From Candidatus Kaiserbacteria bacterium (GTDB lineage Bacteria > Patescibacteriota > Minisyncoccia > Phycocordibacterales > UBA918): DNA of 63,438 nucleotides. The position numbers and the translations under genes are program-made. Below are positions 62,964-63,438 of this stretch, in pieces. The notes under the pieces were generated by a model. That model made no database searches, was not told where the DNA came from, and was given only the letters and a program-made list of their open reading frames with translations. Location: NCBI GenBank assembly GCA_043770255.1, contig JAYVIL010000085.1:1-63438 (forward strand), in the 5' to 3' direction. Numbering within the stretch: the first letter of the stretch is position 1; each line of letters opens with the position of its first letter.

Positions 62964-63438
62964 ATGTTTACAATTACACCCAGACAATTACTAATTATTG
63001 ACCAACTAAAGCAAAAATCGGAACTCGCCTTTTCGGAATTATTCACTATATTAGGTCAGGGCACTAGTGAACGTACCCTAAAACGCGATCTGGCTGATTT
63101 GGTAGAAGGAGGCGTTCTGACTACTCAAGGTGGTGGTCGGTCGCTGGTTTACATTCTCCCTACCGCTGGACGACTGTTTGTTCCCGTTGAGGCAGCGAGT
63201 TATGGGGCACAAGAACCAGACAGTCGGTCAGGGGCATTAATTACCTATCAATTTGATATTTGGGACAATTGGCCAAAAATATTATTTTCTAATAATGAAT
63301 TGGCAAATTTACAGTTTAATACTGATTCATATCGAACTCGCGTCGCTACTCAATCCCCAGACATTCGCAGTCGAGAACTGGAACGATTTATTATCGAGCT
63401 ATCTTGGAAATCTTCAAAAATTGAAGGAAATACTTACA
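62964..63438 (+). CDS. Fic/DOC family protein, N-terminal part (runs off the window end)
   Basis: An N-terminal wHTH-like segment (TLKRDLADLVEGGVL), then the Fic_N-type motif ELERFIIELSWKSSKIEGNTY. The frame stays open to the last base. Confidence 0.75.
   Translation, partial: MFTITPRQLLIIDQLKQKSELAFSELFTILGQGTSERTLKRDLADLVEGGVLTTQGGGRSLVYILPTAGRLFVPVEAASYGAQEPDSRSGALITYQFDIWDNWPKILFSNNELANLQFNTDSYRTRVATQSPDIRSRELERFIIELSWKSSKIEGNTY

Overview
This 63.4-kb window looks like a small-genome, Patescibacteria/CPR-like bacterium. That is an inference from gene content only: a type IV pilus cluster, split ComEC, many membrane-anchored secreted repeat proteins, and r-protein genes without Shine-Dalgarno (SD) sequences. 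Nearly all genes are on the minus strand.

Core genes seen:
- rpsJ, tuf and fusA at 0.3-6.6 kb
- rpsG and rpsL at 42.2-43.4 kb
- rpmB, the comEC pieces, an SOD-family gene, recJ, a HIT gene, pgk, tpiA
- the pilB-pilC-pilin cluster
- nusA, and a truncated Fic gene at the window end

About 35 kb of other material lies between rpsG and fusA:
1. A visibly GC-richer, SD-rich plus-strand block (11.3-17.1 kb). It carries a vWA / PP2C / Ser-Thr kinase triad of the TerY-P type, flanked by a nicotinamidase-like hydrolase and an ADP-ribosylglycohydrolase.
2. A dense NAD salvage cluster (nadE, pncB, nadD, a Nudix-like gene, nadK, a NadM-like/methyltransferase fusion, nrtR).
3. Secreted or cell-surface proteins and glycoside hydrolases.
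4. A toxin-antitoxin cassette array (35.6-41.2 kb) punctuated by a palindromic repeat family and by duplicated gene ends.

Non-coding structure is unusually rich:
- a 3x ~150-bp tandem array after fusA
- a terminator-ended structured RNA upstream of rpsL, bracketed by 119-bp direct repeats
- a four-copy hairpin element next to r-protein genes

I saw no rRNA, tRNA, CRISPR array, integrase or transposase by eye. All calls come from reading the sequence and the ORF translations. No searches or folding programs were run, so start codons, RNA boundaries and family assignments are provisional.
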